This document shows, in pieces, positions 46,287-56,035 of a DNA stretch of 64,000 nucleotides. Under the pieces are notes generated by a model, which ran no database searches, was not told the origin of the DNA, and was given only the letters and a program-made list of their open reading frames with translations. The stretch is from Dehalococcoidia bacterium (GTDB lineage: Bacteria > Chloroflexota > Dehalococcoidia > Lucifugimonadales > UBA3495), in assembly GCA_034428795.1 (NCBI GenBank), contig DAOUHF010000035.1:131-64130 (forward strand), written 5' to 3'. Within the stretch, counting starts at the first letter, position 1, and each line of letters begins with the position of its first letter. Position numbers and translations under genes: made by a program.

Positions 46287-47207
46287 ATGCCGGCTGAACG
46301 CCGTCCCGGAATGGACCACGAACATTACCAATGGTCCCCGATCAACCGGAGACCGCTTCTGCGCTGGCCCGGCGGCAGCCGGGTGGCCCTGTCCGTGATC
46401 GTTACGTTGGAGAAAATGGAGTGGGAGCCCCCCGCGGACAGTTTCACCGTTTCTTTGGCCGGCGGCATCGCCGACCGCCCCTTTCCCGATTACGCTCGGG
46501 TATCCCACCGGGAGTACGGACACCGGGTGGGGATCTTCCGAGTGTTGGACGTTTTGGAAAAGCACGGGATCCGGCCCACCGTGGCCATGGACGTGATGAC
46601 GGCGGAAGCCAATCCCTACCTCGTAGACCACTGTCTCCAACGGGGGGCCGAGATCATCGGCCACGGCATCTCGGTGAGCCGAATGATTACCGGCAGAATG
46701 ACGGAGGAGCAGGAACGCGAATATATCGACTCCAGCATCGAGGGCATCAGGCGGGCCACCGGGCTCCAGCCCAAGGGCTGGCTGGGCCCGGAATACGGCG
46801 AGTCGCCCCGTACCCCCGGCATCTTGGCGGCCGCCGGTGTAAGCTATGTGTGCGACTGGGTCAACGACGAGCAGCCATACGCGTTGAATCCCGAGGAGGG
46901 AGAGCTGTTCGCCCTGCCCCTCATGTGGGAGATGGATGACATCCACGCCCTCTGGGACCGCAAGGTGCCCATCGACCGCTATGCCGGGCTGCTGGAGGAG
47001 AGCTTCGACACCCTGTACCGGGAGTCCGCTGAAACGGGCAGCCTGATGGCGTTCAACCTGCATCCCTGGGTCATGGGCCAGCCCTTCCGAATCGGGTTCC
47101 TGGACCAAGCCCTGGGCCGTATGGTCCGCCGGAAGGGCGTGTGGGCGGCCACCGGCTCCGAGATTATCGATTGGTTCAAAGCCAACCCGCCGGTCCACCG
47201 GGCTTAA
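46287..47207 (+). CDS. Polysaccharide-deacetylase-fold protein (paralogue of the preceding gene)
   Basis: Start at ATG 46287 (MPAERRPGMDHEHYQWSP...). The architecture parallels 45275-46186 (RVALSVIVTLE, IGHG, NDEQP). Confidence 0.75.
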   Translation: MPAERRPGMDHEHYQWSPINRRPLLRWPGGSRVALSVIVTLEKMEWEPPADSFTVSLAGGIADRPFPDYARVSHREYGHRVGIFRVLDVLEKHGIRPTVAMDVMTAEANPYLVDHCLQRGAEIIGHGISVSRMITGRMTEEQEREYIDSSIEGIRRATGLQPKGWLGPEYGESPRTPGILAAAGVSYVCDWVNDEQPYALNPEEGELFALPLMWEMDDIHALWDRKVPIDRYAGLLEESFDTLYRESAETGSLMAFNLHPWVMGQPFRIGFLDQALGRMVRRKGVWAATGSEIIDWFKANPPVHRA

Positions 47208-47268
47208 CCGGGCGCCGGGGGAGCGGGCAACGCCGGCCGGGATGGGGTGTTCCCATAGCTAAATCCCC

Positions 47269-47297
47269 TTGACACTCAAAATGGGTTGTGATACTTT
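47269..47297 (+). promoter_or_regulatory. Candidate sigma70-type promoter upstream of the ACIII cluster
   Basis: TTGACA (47269-47274), 17-nt spacer, TACTTT (47292-47297). Confidence 0.35.
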
Positions 47298-47403
47298 TCC
47301 CGATGGTTTCCGGCCCCTTGGGTCTCGCGGAGGAACAAGGGGATTGGTGCATTATATGGCCCAGGCTGCGGCCAGCCACCGGACGGCTCACTGACGAACT
47401 CAT

Positions 47404-47700
47404 ATGTTTGATGACCCCAAAGCACTAACCAGCGCCGACTGGCAGAGCATCCACTTCTTCCTGCAGTGGTTTTGGATATATTTCCCGCTGGTTGTAATGT
47501 TCGCTGTGACCATGTTGACTGCTCACGCCTTGATACCCTCGTTGGTCATCACTGGGCACCTGTCGGCCAGCGCCAACCGGCTCAGGTTACCGTTGAATCT
47601 CTTCGCCCTGCTCGTCTTGGCGGCGGCGGTGGTGATCCTGGTTTTGGGAATCAACCAAACGCTGGACGTTAGGAATTTCTGGGACCGGCTGTTGATCTAA
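47404..47700 (+). CDS. Small membrane protein, unknown (possible ACIII accessory subunit)
   Basis: 98 aa with 2-3 hydrophobic helices, directly upstream of actA. Confidence 0.45.
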   Translation: MFDDPKALTSADWQSIHFFLQWFWIYFPLVVMFAVTMLTAHALIPSLVITGHLSASANRLRLPLNLFALLVLAAAVVILVLGINQTLDVRNFWDRLLI

Positions 47701-47811
47701 CCGGTGGGCGGCCCGGCCGCGGCCTTGCCGATGATGCGGTCGCACGGAAGTCTTTGTTCGCAACATGAACCATGAGGTTGACCAGCGCAAGATGAACGAG
47801 ACCTGCCAGGA

Positions 47812-48441
47812 ATGATGCCCCGAGGTAAAATGCTGCCATTGATGATGGCAGGGGGAATCGTAACCGTCATCATCGGGTTCATCCTGGTAGTGCTGTTCAT
47901 TTCGTGGTTTTCCAACCCGCCATTCGGTTTGGGCAACGCCGGCGCTCAACCAATTGCCTTCCCCCACTCGGTCCACGTGGCGGAAAACAACATTCAGTGC
48001 GAATTCTGTCACCGCAACGTGACCCGCGGAGCGGCGGCTACCGTACCCGCCGTGGAGATGTGCGTCTTTTGTCACAAGGACATCGACGGGGATACGGAAA
48101 CAGCCCAGGCCGAGATCAACAAGGTCCGGCAGAGTTTCGAGCAAGGGGAGCCCATTAACTGGGAACGAGTGCACCGGATGCCCGACCACGTGCGGTTCAT
48201 CCACGAAGCCCACATCCGGTTCTTTACCAGCAACGATCTGGAGGCGCCCCGTTTCGACATCGACGGCGACGAGGTCACCCGGGCCCTGGATGTCCAGGAG
48301 ACCTGCGCCATCTGCCACGGCGATATTCCGAATGCCGAGGTCGTCAAGCCCAAGGCGGGCCAGTCTCTCAAAATGGGCACCTGCCTCGACTGCCACCGCG
48401 TGAACAACGTCCCTACGGATTGCACGATCTGCCACAAGTGA
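47812..48441 (+). CDS. actA: Alternative Complex III pentahaem cytochrome c subunit
   Basis: N-terminal TM anchor and five CxxCH motifs (CEFCH, CVFCH, CAICH, CLDCH, CTICH). Confidence 0.85.
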   Translation: MMPRGKMLPLMMAGGIVTVIIGFILVVLFISWFSNPPFGLGNAGAQPIAFPHSVHVAENNIQCEFCHRNVTRGAAATVPAVEMCVFCHKDIDGDTETAQAEINKVRQSFEQGEPINWERVHRMPDHVRFIHEAHIRFFTSNDLEAPRFDIDGDEVTRALDVQETCAICHGDIPNAEVVKPKAGQSLKMGTCLDCHRVNNVPTDCTICHK

Positions 48442-48469
48442 AATTGCTGGACTAGAAATTGCTGGACTA

Positions 48470-50803
48470 ATGAAGCTTACTCGTAGAAATTTCTTGACTT
48501 GGGCCGGACTATCGGCAATGGGCGCCGTCGCCTGTGAGGGCTTCGGCATACGCGAAGGCGAGCTCGACATCCAGAGCCCGGTCAGCCTTCCCGAGGACCT
48601 GGTTAGGGGGAAGGACAACTGGTACGCGAGCCTGTGCCGCAATTGCCCTTCCTGCGAGGGGATCGTGGTACGGGTGATGGAGGGCAGGGCCAAAAAGATA
48701 CAGGGCAATCCCTACTATCCGACCAACCAGGGAAAGAGCCACGCCCGGTGCGAGGCCGGCCTGCAATCGCTGTACCATCCCGACCGGGTGCCCGCTCCAA
48801 TGGTGCGCAGCGGCGCCCGGGGCTCCGGCCAGTACACTCCCATCAATTGGCAGCCGGAAGCCATGGACCGTCTGCGGTCCGAGCTGGCCGCCAGGGCCCC
48901 CCAATCGGTTATTATCACCGAGCCTCTGCGGGGTCACATGGGCCTGCTGGTGGGCCGGTTCGCGGAGGCCATCGGCAGCGAGCACCTGGGATTCGAGGCC
49001 GTCGACAACAACACGTACCGGACCGCGGTCAAGAACGTTTACGATCAGGACCTTCTGCCCGATTTCGATGTGGAAAACACGAATTTCCTGTTGTCCTTCG
49101 GCGCGGATTTCCTCTCGACCTGGGTCTCACCGACCCGCTGGAACCGGGGTTACGGGGAATTTCGCCAAGGGCACGGCCGGGCCTCCTCCGGTCTGAAACG
49201 AGGGACCCTTTATCAGGTCGATTCCCGCTTCTCCATGACCGCGGCCAATGCCGACAAATGGGTCCCCATAAGGCCGGGATGGGATGGCCAACTGGCCATG
49301 AGCCTGGCCCAGGTAATCGTCTCGGAAGGACTGCAGGCCCCTGGCGTCGACACCGATGCCCTGCTGGGCGGGGAATCGGGGCGCCAGTTGCTGGAAAACT
49401 TCCGGCCCGAGGTCACGGCTCCCCTCATCGGCCTGACGCGGGAAAGAGCGGGCGGCGACCCTGTCGAGTTCATTAAACGCCTCGCCCGGGAGTTCGCCGG
49501 GAACCACCCCAGTCTGGCCATAGGCGGAGGCTCCGCCGGGGCCAGCAATAACGGCTTGTTCAACCTGGAAGCCATATACGCCCTTAACCACCTCGTCGGC
49601 AGCGTAGGGGTCCAGGGAGGGGTGAAATTCAATCCCGGCAGTCCTTGGGATGACGTACCCGCCGGGTCGCGCCCAGGCGGCCTGGAAGACTGGTCCCGGA
49701 TCGCCGACCAGATACGAAGCGGCGAAACGCGGCTGTTGATGCTCCATAACGCCGATCCGGTTCACGGCACGCCCGATTCACTGCGGCTGTATGACGCCAT
49801 CACCCAAGCCGACGACCTGGTCGTAGTCAGCTTCTCGCCGTTCTTCGACGACACCAGCGGCTTGGCCGACCTGGTCCTGCCCGACCGGGTCTACCTGGAG
49901 GATTGGGGAGACGATATCCCCGAACCGGGGCCCGGCTACCAGGTGGTCGGCTTTCAACAGCCGGTGGTCAACCCGTTGTACGACCTGGACCCCCGGAGCT
50001 TCCCGGACATACTCCTCACGATGGGACTGGAATTGGGCAGAGAGTCCCTGCTCCCCTGGCCGGACTACGGCGCCATGTTGAGGGACGCTTCCGACGAGCT
50101 ATTCGAAATGGGCCGCGGCTCCGTAACGGCAGCCGACGCCGAAGAGTTCTGGACGGCCCTGCTCCAACGCGGCGGCTGGTGGGACGAAGCCGCGACCGGA
50201 CCATCCCCGGCCTCGCCCCAAGCCGGGCTGTTGAGGCGCATTGTGGAGGCGGCATCCAACCCGGAATACTCCGGCGTCGGCGAAGGGGCCGGCAACTACC
50301 ACCTGGTTCCCTTCTCTCACAACACCCTGCAGGATGGCGTTCACGCCCACCTGCCCTGGCTGCAGGCCGCGCCCGACCCGCTTAGCACGGTGACCTGGCA
50401 GACCTGGGTGGAGATGCACGACGTCACCGCCGCCGCCCTGGGCGTCCGCGAGGGAGACATCGTTCGGATCGAATCGTCGCGGGAATCCATCCGCGCCGTG
50501 GTCTACCCGACCCCGGCGGTCCCTCCCGACGTGATCTCGATGCCCTTTGGCGGAGGCCGCCGGCAGGGCTCGCCCTATGCCACCGACAGGCTGGGCATCG
50601 AAAGCTCCAACGTCATGGACGTTCTGGAACCCGTCCGGGTTACGGGCACCGGGTCACTGGCCTGGGCGGCCACCCGGGTGCGGGTGACTAGTACCGGAGA
50701 AAGCGTTAATATCTCCAAGTTGGAAGGCAACGTCAGGGCCGTGGAGATCGGCATCACCCCGGCGGAAGAAATTATCAAGACGATCCACCCGGACAACGTC
50801 TAG
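48470..50803 (+). CDS. actB: ACIII molybdopterin-oxidoreductase-like subunit (ActB1 part, unfused)
   Basis: Tat signal RRNFLTWAGLSAMGAVA and an N-terminal Cys cluster (CRNCPSC...C). 777 aa with the fold of the Mo-bisPGD family. Confidence 0.8.
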   Translation: MKLTRRNFLTWAGLSAMGAVACEGFGIREGELDIQSPVSLPEDLVRGKDNWYASLCRNCPSCEGIVVRVMEGRAKKIQGNPYYPTNQGKSHARCEAGLQSLYHPDRVPAPMVRSGARGSGQYTPINWQPEAMDRLRSELAARAPQSVIITEPLRGHMGLLVGRFAEAIGSEHLGFEAVDNNTYRTAVKNVYDQDLLPDFDVENTNFLLSFGADFLSTWVSPTRWNRGYGEFRQGHGRASSGLKRGTLYQVDSRFSMTAANADKWVPIRPGWDGQLAMSLAQVIVSEGLQAPGVDTDALLGGESGRQLLENFRPEVTAPLIGLTRERAGGDPVEFIKRLAREFAGNHPSLAIGGGSAGASNNGLFNLEAIYALNHLVGSVGVQGGVKFNPGSPWDDVPAGSRPGGLEDWSRIADQIRSGETRLLMLHNADPVHGTPDSLRLYDAITQADDLVVVSFSPFFDDTSGLADLVLPDRVYLEDWGDDIPEPGPGYQVVGFQQPVVNPLYDLDPRSFPDILLTMGLELGRESLLPWPDYGAMLRDASDELFEMGRGSVTAADAEEFWTALLQRGGWWDEAATGPSPASPQAGLLRRIVEAASNPEYSGVGEGAGNYHLVPFSHNTLQDGVHAHLPWLQAAPDPLSTVTWQTWVEMHDVTAAALGVREGDIVRIESSRESIRAVVYPTPAVPPDVISMPFGGGRRQGSPYATDRLGIESSNVMDVLEPVRVTGTGSLAWAATRVRVTSTGESVNISKLEGNVRAVEIGITPAEEIIKTIHPDNV

Positions 50804-50872
50804 CCTGCCGGGCGGTCGATTAATGTCCACCCAGGCTGAGTTATAGGCTGAGTTAGAGGAATAGGCTGATAG

Positions 50873-51706
50873 ATGGTAACTAACCGGACTAACCACAAGT
50901 GGGGAATGGTTGTCGACCTGGACCGGTGCACCGGCTGCCAGTCGTGCGTCGTCGCCTGTCAAGCGGAGAACAACCTGCCCATCAACACCAAAGAGTTCTT
51001 CCAGCAACGGCGGGCTTACGAATGGATCCGCATCGAGCGTTACTGGGAGGGAGACTTCCCTGACGTAAAGGCCCGGTTCATACCTATCATGTGCCAGCAC
51101 TGCGAGAACGCGCCGTGCGAACCGGTGTGCCCCGTCTACGCCACCTACCACAACGACGAGGGCATGAACGTCCAGGTCTACAACCGGTGCGTCGGCACCA
51201 GGTACTGCGCCAACAACTGTCCTTACCAGGTGCGGTTTTTCAACTGGTGGGAGCCGACTTGGCCGGACCGCCTCAGGAACCACCTGAACCCGGACGTCAC
51301 CGTCCGCAGCCGGGGCTTGATGGAGCGTTGCTCCTTCTGCGTACAGCGCGTCCGCCGGGGTGAGATCAGGGTGGAACGCCAAGGCCGGGAGCCCCTGAGC
51401 GGTGAAAGGATCGAACCGTCGGACCGTTACCTCAACTACCAGCGGATGAAGGAAGGGAATTTCCTGCCGGCCTGTGTTCAGGCCTGCCCTACCAACGCGT
51501 TGATGTTCGGCGACCAGATGGATGACACCGGCCCGGTCTACGAACATTTCCGCGAGGCCAACGAACAGTACGACGCCCGGCATCACGGAGAGCACGTCGA
51601 CGAAGAGCACACCCGGGTGTACCGGTTGCTGGAAGAGATGGCTACGAAGCCCAACGTGATCTACCTGAAGAAGGTGGAAAAGTTCCCCGTCGGCGGCAAC
51701 GGCTGA
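50873..51706 (+). CDS. actB: ACIII 4Fe-4S ferredoxin subunit (ActB2 part, separate gene)
   Basis: CTGCQSCVVAC, CQHCENAPCEPVCP, CVGTRYCANNCPY and CVQACP cluster motifs. Confidence 0.85.
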   Translation: MVTNRTNHKWGMVVDLDRCTGCQSCVVACQAENNLPINTKEFFQQRRAYEWIRIERYWEGDFPDVKARFIPIMCQHCENAPCEPVCPVYATYHNDEGMNVQVYNRCVGTRYCANNCPYQVRFFNWWEPTWPDRLRNHLNPDVTVRSRGLMERCSFCVQRVRRGEIRVERQGREPLSGERIEPSDRYLNYQRMKEGNFLPACVQACPTNALMFGDQMDDTGPVYEHFREANEQYDARHHGEHVDEEHTRVYRLLEEMATKPNVIYLKKVEKFPVGGNG

Positions 51707-51710
51707 AAGC

Positions 51711-53177
51711 ATGGCAGCAACCGACAACGAACATCTGCACCACGGTGCAGTTCACGACGAGAGCCACGGGGGTATCTCCGGCGGCCACCACCCCGGCATG
51801 TGGGTTTTCCCCGACCCCCGGGTGATGACCCGCGACATGGCCGGCAAGATTGCCGCCATGCCGGCGATCTTCGTCATCCCCTTCATCCTCTCGTTCATCC
51901 TGCTGGCGTTGGGGGTGATAGGGTTCGTGGCCCGGGCAATCGGCGACGGATTCGACGACCGGGGGGCATGGGGCTACTACATGGCCTCCTTCTCCTTCGT
52001 TTTCATGGTGACCAGCGCCGCGCCGATCGCCGCCATCGCCTTCCGGTTCACCAAGAGCCACTGGCGGCGGCCCATGTCCCGGTTGTCGGAGTTGTTCGCG
52101 GTGGTCGGCATCTTCAACGTGATCGCCTTCATCCCCATGATGTTCGTGCTGCCGCCCATCGCCAATCCCGGCGGACACGTCGAGCACCAGTTGGACGTCC
52201 GCAGGACCATATGGTTCGAGGGTCCCATCGGCGCGCCACATGCCTGGGACCTGCTCGGAGTGGTCTTCCTGGCGGTGACCGCGTTGGTCATCTTGTGGAT
52301 TTCCGCAATGCCTGACATGGCGGAGGGCCGGGTCACGGCCACCGGCATCCGGCGTTGGATCTACCGGAGGCTGGCGGGCCACTGGTACGGCACCAAGCGG
52401 CAATGGAACGCTCAGAAGGCGGGCCTTGCCATGCTGGGCGCGTTCTACTTCATGCTCCTGATCTACGTGCACTTCATCATCAGTTCCGACTACGCCCAGA
52501 GCATGATTCCGGGTTGGAAGGACTCCATTTTCCCCGTCTTCTACAGCCTCACCGGCCTTCAGGTGGCCTTGGGGGTGGTCCTGGTCATCATGTACATCCT
52601 CCGCCGGTGGGGAGGCTACCAGGAATACCTGGGACGTTCGCCCTTCTGGTCGGCCAGCAAGGTGCAATTGGGACTGACCCTGCTCTGGGCCTACCACCTG
52701 TTCGCATTCTTCATCACCTACTGGTACGGCCGGTTGGTAGTGGAGCAGAACATCATCAAATATCTGTTCGTTCAGTCCTACGGGGGGGTGTTCGTCGCCA
52801 ACCTGATGCTGAGCTTCGTAATCCCCTTCGCCATTCTGCTTTGGAACCCGTTCCGCCGCAGTGCCTGGGGACCGGCGCTGGCGGGGCTCTCGGCGGCGGC
52901 GGGGGCGCTGATGTTCAACATCCGTGTCTTCGTCGGTGCGTCCAACTCGGGCGACATCTACGCCCATTTTTTGAATACGGTGCCCCCGGCGGTGTACCCT
53001 GACATTTTCGACATCTTCCTGGTTGTCGGCGGCATCGGCGGAGCTGTGTTCTTCTACATGCTGGCCACCAAGCTGTTGCCGGTAATGTCGGTCTGGGAAG
53101 TGAAGGAAGGCGCGTTGTACCAGCGCATGGGACGGTTCATGCGCGGCGAATACCTGGTCTTGGCCAAGCCGGAGTAA
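51711..53177 (+). CDS. actC: ACIII NrfD/PsrC-like quinol-interacting membrane subunit
   Basis: 488 aa, about 10 TM segments, position after the Fe-S subunit. Confidence 0.8.
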   Translation: MAATDNEHLHHGAVHDESHGGISGGHHPGMWVFPDPRVMTRDMAGKIAAMPAIFVIPFILSFILLALGVIGFVARAIGDGFDDRGAWGYYMASFSFVFMVTSAAPIAAIAFRFTKSHWRRPMSRLSELFAVVGIFNVIAFIPMMFVLPPIANPGGHVEHQLDVRRTIWFEGPIGAPHAWDLLGVVFLAVTALVILWISAMPDMAEGRVTATGIRRWIYRRLAGHWYGTKRQWNAQKAGLAMLGAFYFMLLIYVHFIISSDYAQSMIPGWKDSIFPVFYSLTGLQVALGVVLVIMYILRRWGGYQEYLGRSPFWSASKVQLGLTLLWAYHLFAFFITYWYGRLVVEQNIIKYLFVQSYGGVFVANLMLSFVIPFAILLWNPFRRSAWGPALAGLSAAAGALMFNIRVFVGASNSGDIYAHFLNTVPPAVYPDIFDIFLVVGGIGGAVFFYMLATKLLPVMSVWEVKEGALYQRMGRFMRGEYLVLAKPE

Positions 53178-53272
53178 GCGATTACGAATTAAGCAATACG
53201 AATTGAGAGTCGGGAAAATACCGATTCGCAATTCGTAACTGCTGATTCGTAATTGAAATTAGCGGAGCATCG

Positions 53273-54667
53273 ATGCAGGAAGGTAGGCCGCTAGCGGCCA
53301 GACAAATTAACGGAGAGCTACTGCGGTCGATCCTGAACTCGCCGAAGTGGTTCCCCATTACGGTGACCATCCTGGCCCTCATTGTGCTGGGAGGGTTCAG
53401 CGCGGCGGGTCTGCTGGTCAACAAGGGCTTCGGTGTAACGGGCCTGAACCGTCCGGTGATGTGGGGCTTCTTCATCACCAACTTCGTCTTCTGGATCGGC
53501 ATCAGCCACGCCGGGGTGATGCTCTCCGCCATCCTGCGCCTGTCCAAGGCCGAATGGCGCCGTCCGGCCACCAGGGCCGCCGAGATTTTGACGGTCTTCT
53601 CCCTGATGACGGCAATGATGATGCCGCTGATTCACACCGGGCGTCCCTGGCGCACGATTTATTGGATTTACACCATCCCCTTCGCACCCTACGACTACGC
53701 CCGGGGCATCTGGCCCAACGTGCGTTCCCCGCTGGTCTGGGACCCCAGCGCGGTCTACACTTACCTGACCTCCAGCATCCTGTTCGTGCTTGTCGCCCTG
53801 ATCCCCGACTTCGCGGTGCTCCGGGACCGCACCACCGGCCTCAACAGCCGGATTTACGGGTTGCTGGCCATGGGCTGGCAGGGAAACCCCCGCCAGTGGA
53901 AGCTGCAGATTATCGCCGGGGTGCTGCTGTCGGCGCTGATCCTGCCGGTGTTCGTCTCAGTGCACAGTATCGTCTCCTGGGACTTCGGTATGGCGGTGTC
54001 GGTCAAGTCGTGGCACTCCACCATCTTCGCCCCATATTTCGTGGTGGGCGCGGTGCACTCCGGCGTCTCCGCCGTAGCCTTCGTGATGATCATCCTGCGC
54101 TATATCTACGGCTGGCAGAATTACATTCGCCACGAGCATATCGACGCCTTGGGACGGCTGCTCATCGTGGTGGCGACCGGATGGTTCTACTTCTTCGTGA
54201 TGGAAGTCATCTTCGGCTTCTACGGGAGAGAGGCTGACGAAATCGCCGTCCGCGACCTCCAGTTCTTACAAACCCCCTGGAACATCTGGATGATGGTGTT
54301 CGTATTCGCCACCTACTTCCTGCCTGTGGCCCTGTGGCTGCCCCGGATGTTCCGGCGGAACCTGTGGATAATGTCGACGGCCTGCATCTCTGTAAACATC
54401 GGGATGTGGCTGGAGCGATTTATCATCATCGTGCCCGGCCTCCAGAACAAACAGGTGTTCACTTTTTCCTGGTACTCGGTCTATGCCCCCAGCGCGGTGG
54501 AGTGGACCATCATCGGCGCCACGTTCGCGCTGGTTTCCATTTTGATGCTGGTTATCGCCCGCGTGGCGCCGCTGATACCTCTGTACGACGTCAAGGAGGC
54601 TGAGATCCTCCGCACCGATATCAAGATCGGCCGGGTGACCATTCCGGCGGTAGTTAGAGAGGACTAG
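53273..54667 (+). CDS. actF: Second NrfD-like membrane subunit of ACIII (ActF-type)
   Basis: 464 aa. Polytopic NrfD-like membrane protein with architecture parallel to the preceding ActC gene, located before actD. Confidence 0.75.
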   Translation: MQEGRPLAARQINGELLRSILNSPKWFPITVTILALIVLGGFSAAGLLVNKGFGVTGLNRPVMWGFFITNFVFWIGISHAGVMLSAILRLSKAEWRRPATRAAEILTVFSLMTAMMMPLIHTGRPWRTIYWIYTIPFAPYDYARGIWPNVRSPLVWDPSAVYTYLTSSILFVLVALIPDFAVLRDRTTGLNSRIYGLLAMGWQGNPRQWKLQIIAGVLLSALILPVFVSVHSIVSWDFGMAVSVKSWHSTIFAPYFVVGAVHSGVSAVAFVMIILRYIYGWQNYIRHEHIDALGRLLIVVATGWFYFFVMEVIFGFYGREADEIAVRDLQFLQTPWNIWMMVFVFATYFLPVALWLPRMFRRNLWIMSTACISVNIGMWLERFIIIVPGLQNKQVFTFSWYSVYAPSAVEWTIIGATFALVSILMLVIARVAPLIPLYDVKEAEILRTDIKIGRVTIPAVVRED

Positions 54668-54697
54668 GCTTAACTATGTATTTCGAGGGAACGGGAA

Positions 54698-55216
54698 ATG
54701 GCTAAACGACCCATCCTGGGGCTGTTTGAAGATGCCAATTACGCCGCCGAGGCCGGCGACGCCCTGCAAAGGGCTGGCATCGAACCCACCGAGTACGACT
54801 TCCTGACCGACGCTCCTTACCCCGAGGGGGCGTTCGGCGAGAGGCACGAAGCTCATCGCCTCTATATCTTCCCGCTGTGCGGGGCCTTGGTGGGGCTGAC
54901 CATCGGCATCCTGCTGACGTCGATGACACAGATGGCCTACCCGTTGGTTCAGGCCGGCAAGCCCATCTTGTCCCTGCCGCCCATGGCCGTGGTCACCTAC
55001 GAGAGCACGATGCTCACGGCCATTATCTTCACCATTATCGGGATTATCTTCGAGTCGAGGTTGCCCAGCTTCAAGAAGGGACTCTACGACACCCGGATCA
55101 CCGAGGGGTACATCGGGGTACTGGTGAACGCCGAGGAGGAGCAGCACACCCAGTTGGCGGGCCTGCTCACCCAGGCCGGGGCGATAGACGTGGTGCGGGA
55201 AAGCGGGAGCCGGTAG
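54698..55216 (+). CDS. actD: ACIII membrane subunit ActD (DUF3341)
   Basis: 172 aa. GLFEDANYAAEAGDALQRAGI at the N-terminus, then two TM helices. Confidence 0.75.
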   Translation: MAKRPILGLFEDANYAAEAGDALQRAGIEPTEYDFLTDAPYPEGAFGERHEAHRLYIFPLCGALVGLTIGILLTSMTQMAYPLVQAGKPILSLPPMAVVTYESTMLTAIIFTIIGIIFESRLPSFKKGLYDTRITEGYIGVLVNAEEEQHTQLAGLLTQAGAIDVVRESGSR

Positions 55217-55220
55217 ACCA

Positions 55221-55769
55221 GTGCCAGTCATACAGCAAGCCAAAGCGATATCCTGGTTGCCCCGGGGCGGACGCCGCCAACCGTGTCGTTTGAAGGCCCT
55301 GCTACTGGGGCTGGGTCTGCTGGCCGCGCTGGCGGCCTCAGGCTGCACCTCGGGCGCCTACCCGGTGGACATCTTCTACGAGATGCACTACCAGCAATCG
55401 TACAAGTCTCACGAGCCGCCGCGGCTGGGCGGGGTGGAAAACGCGGTCGCTTTCTTCCCGGGACCGGTGTCCACCATGGGGGACACCGGCAATTCCGGCC
55501 CGCACCTGTTCAAGGTGAACTGCCAGATGTGCCACGGCGCGGGCGCCAAGGGCGACGGGCCGGTGCTGACCAAGCTGATCAACGAATACGGTTATCAAAC
55601 GTTGATAACCCCCGACCTTACCACCTTGGAGCCCGAGGCCATTGAGCCGTTCTTGCGCAACACGACGCGCCCCTTCGGGCCGACGTCGGTGATGCCGCCC
55701 TTCGGCAAGCTGCTCAGCTCCGAAGAGCGATGGGCCATTGCGGAGTACGTCGGCACCCTTCCCAAGTAG
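55221..55769 (+). CDS. actE: ACIII monohaem cytochrome c lipoprotein
   Basis: Lipobox LAASGC, a single CQMCHG haem motif and a distal Met (VMPPF). GTG start. Confidence 0.8.
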   Translation: MPVIQQAKAISWLPRGGRRQPCRLKALLLGLGLLAALAASGCTSGAYPVDIFYEMHYQQSYKSHEPPRLGGVENAVAFFPGPVSTMGDTGNSGPHLFKVNCQMCHGAGAKGDGPVLTKLINEYGYQTLITPDLTTLEPEAIEPFLRNTTRPFGPTSVMPPFGKLLSSEERWAIAEYVGTLPK

Positions 55770-55854
55770 GGTGTTTCTTGATTGGGTGAAATCCAACCCA
55801 CGCAGTGACGACTCCCACCCTCGGCTTTGTTCCAAAATCCTCATTCCTGAGCCG

Positions 55855-55887
55855 ATACTGGAACAGAGGCCCCCTCTGTTCCAGTAT
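55855..55887. repeat. Perfect 15-bp-stem hairpin inside the left end of the element
   Basis: atactggaacagagg-ccc-cctctgttccagtat. Confidence 0.85.
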
Positions 55888-56035
55888 TCCGGGCGCTTCG
55901 CTCCTGCGGTTGTATGATTGTGCCATGGCCCATAGAATGTAACGGGGGAGTTGCCTCCGGTCGATCCAACCAAGTGCTACGCGATGGTCGTCAGGCAGAC
56001 AACAAAGCACCCGCGAGATTAGATGGAGTTGAACA

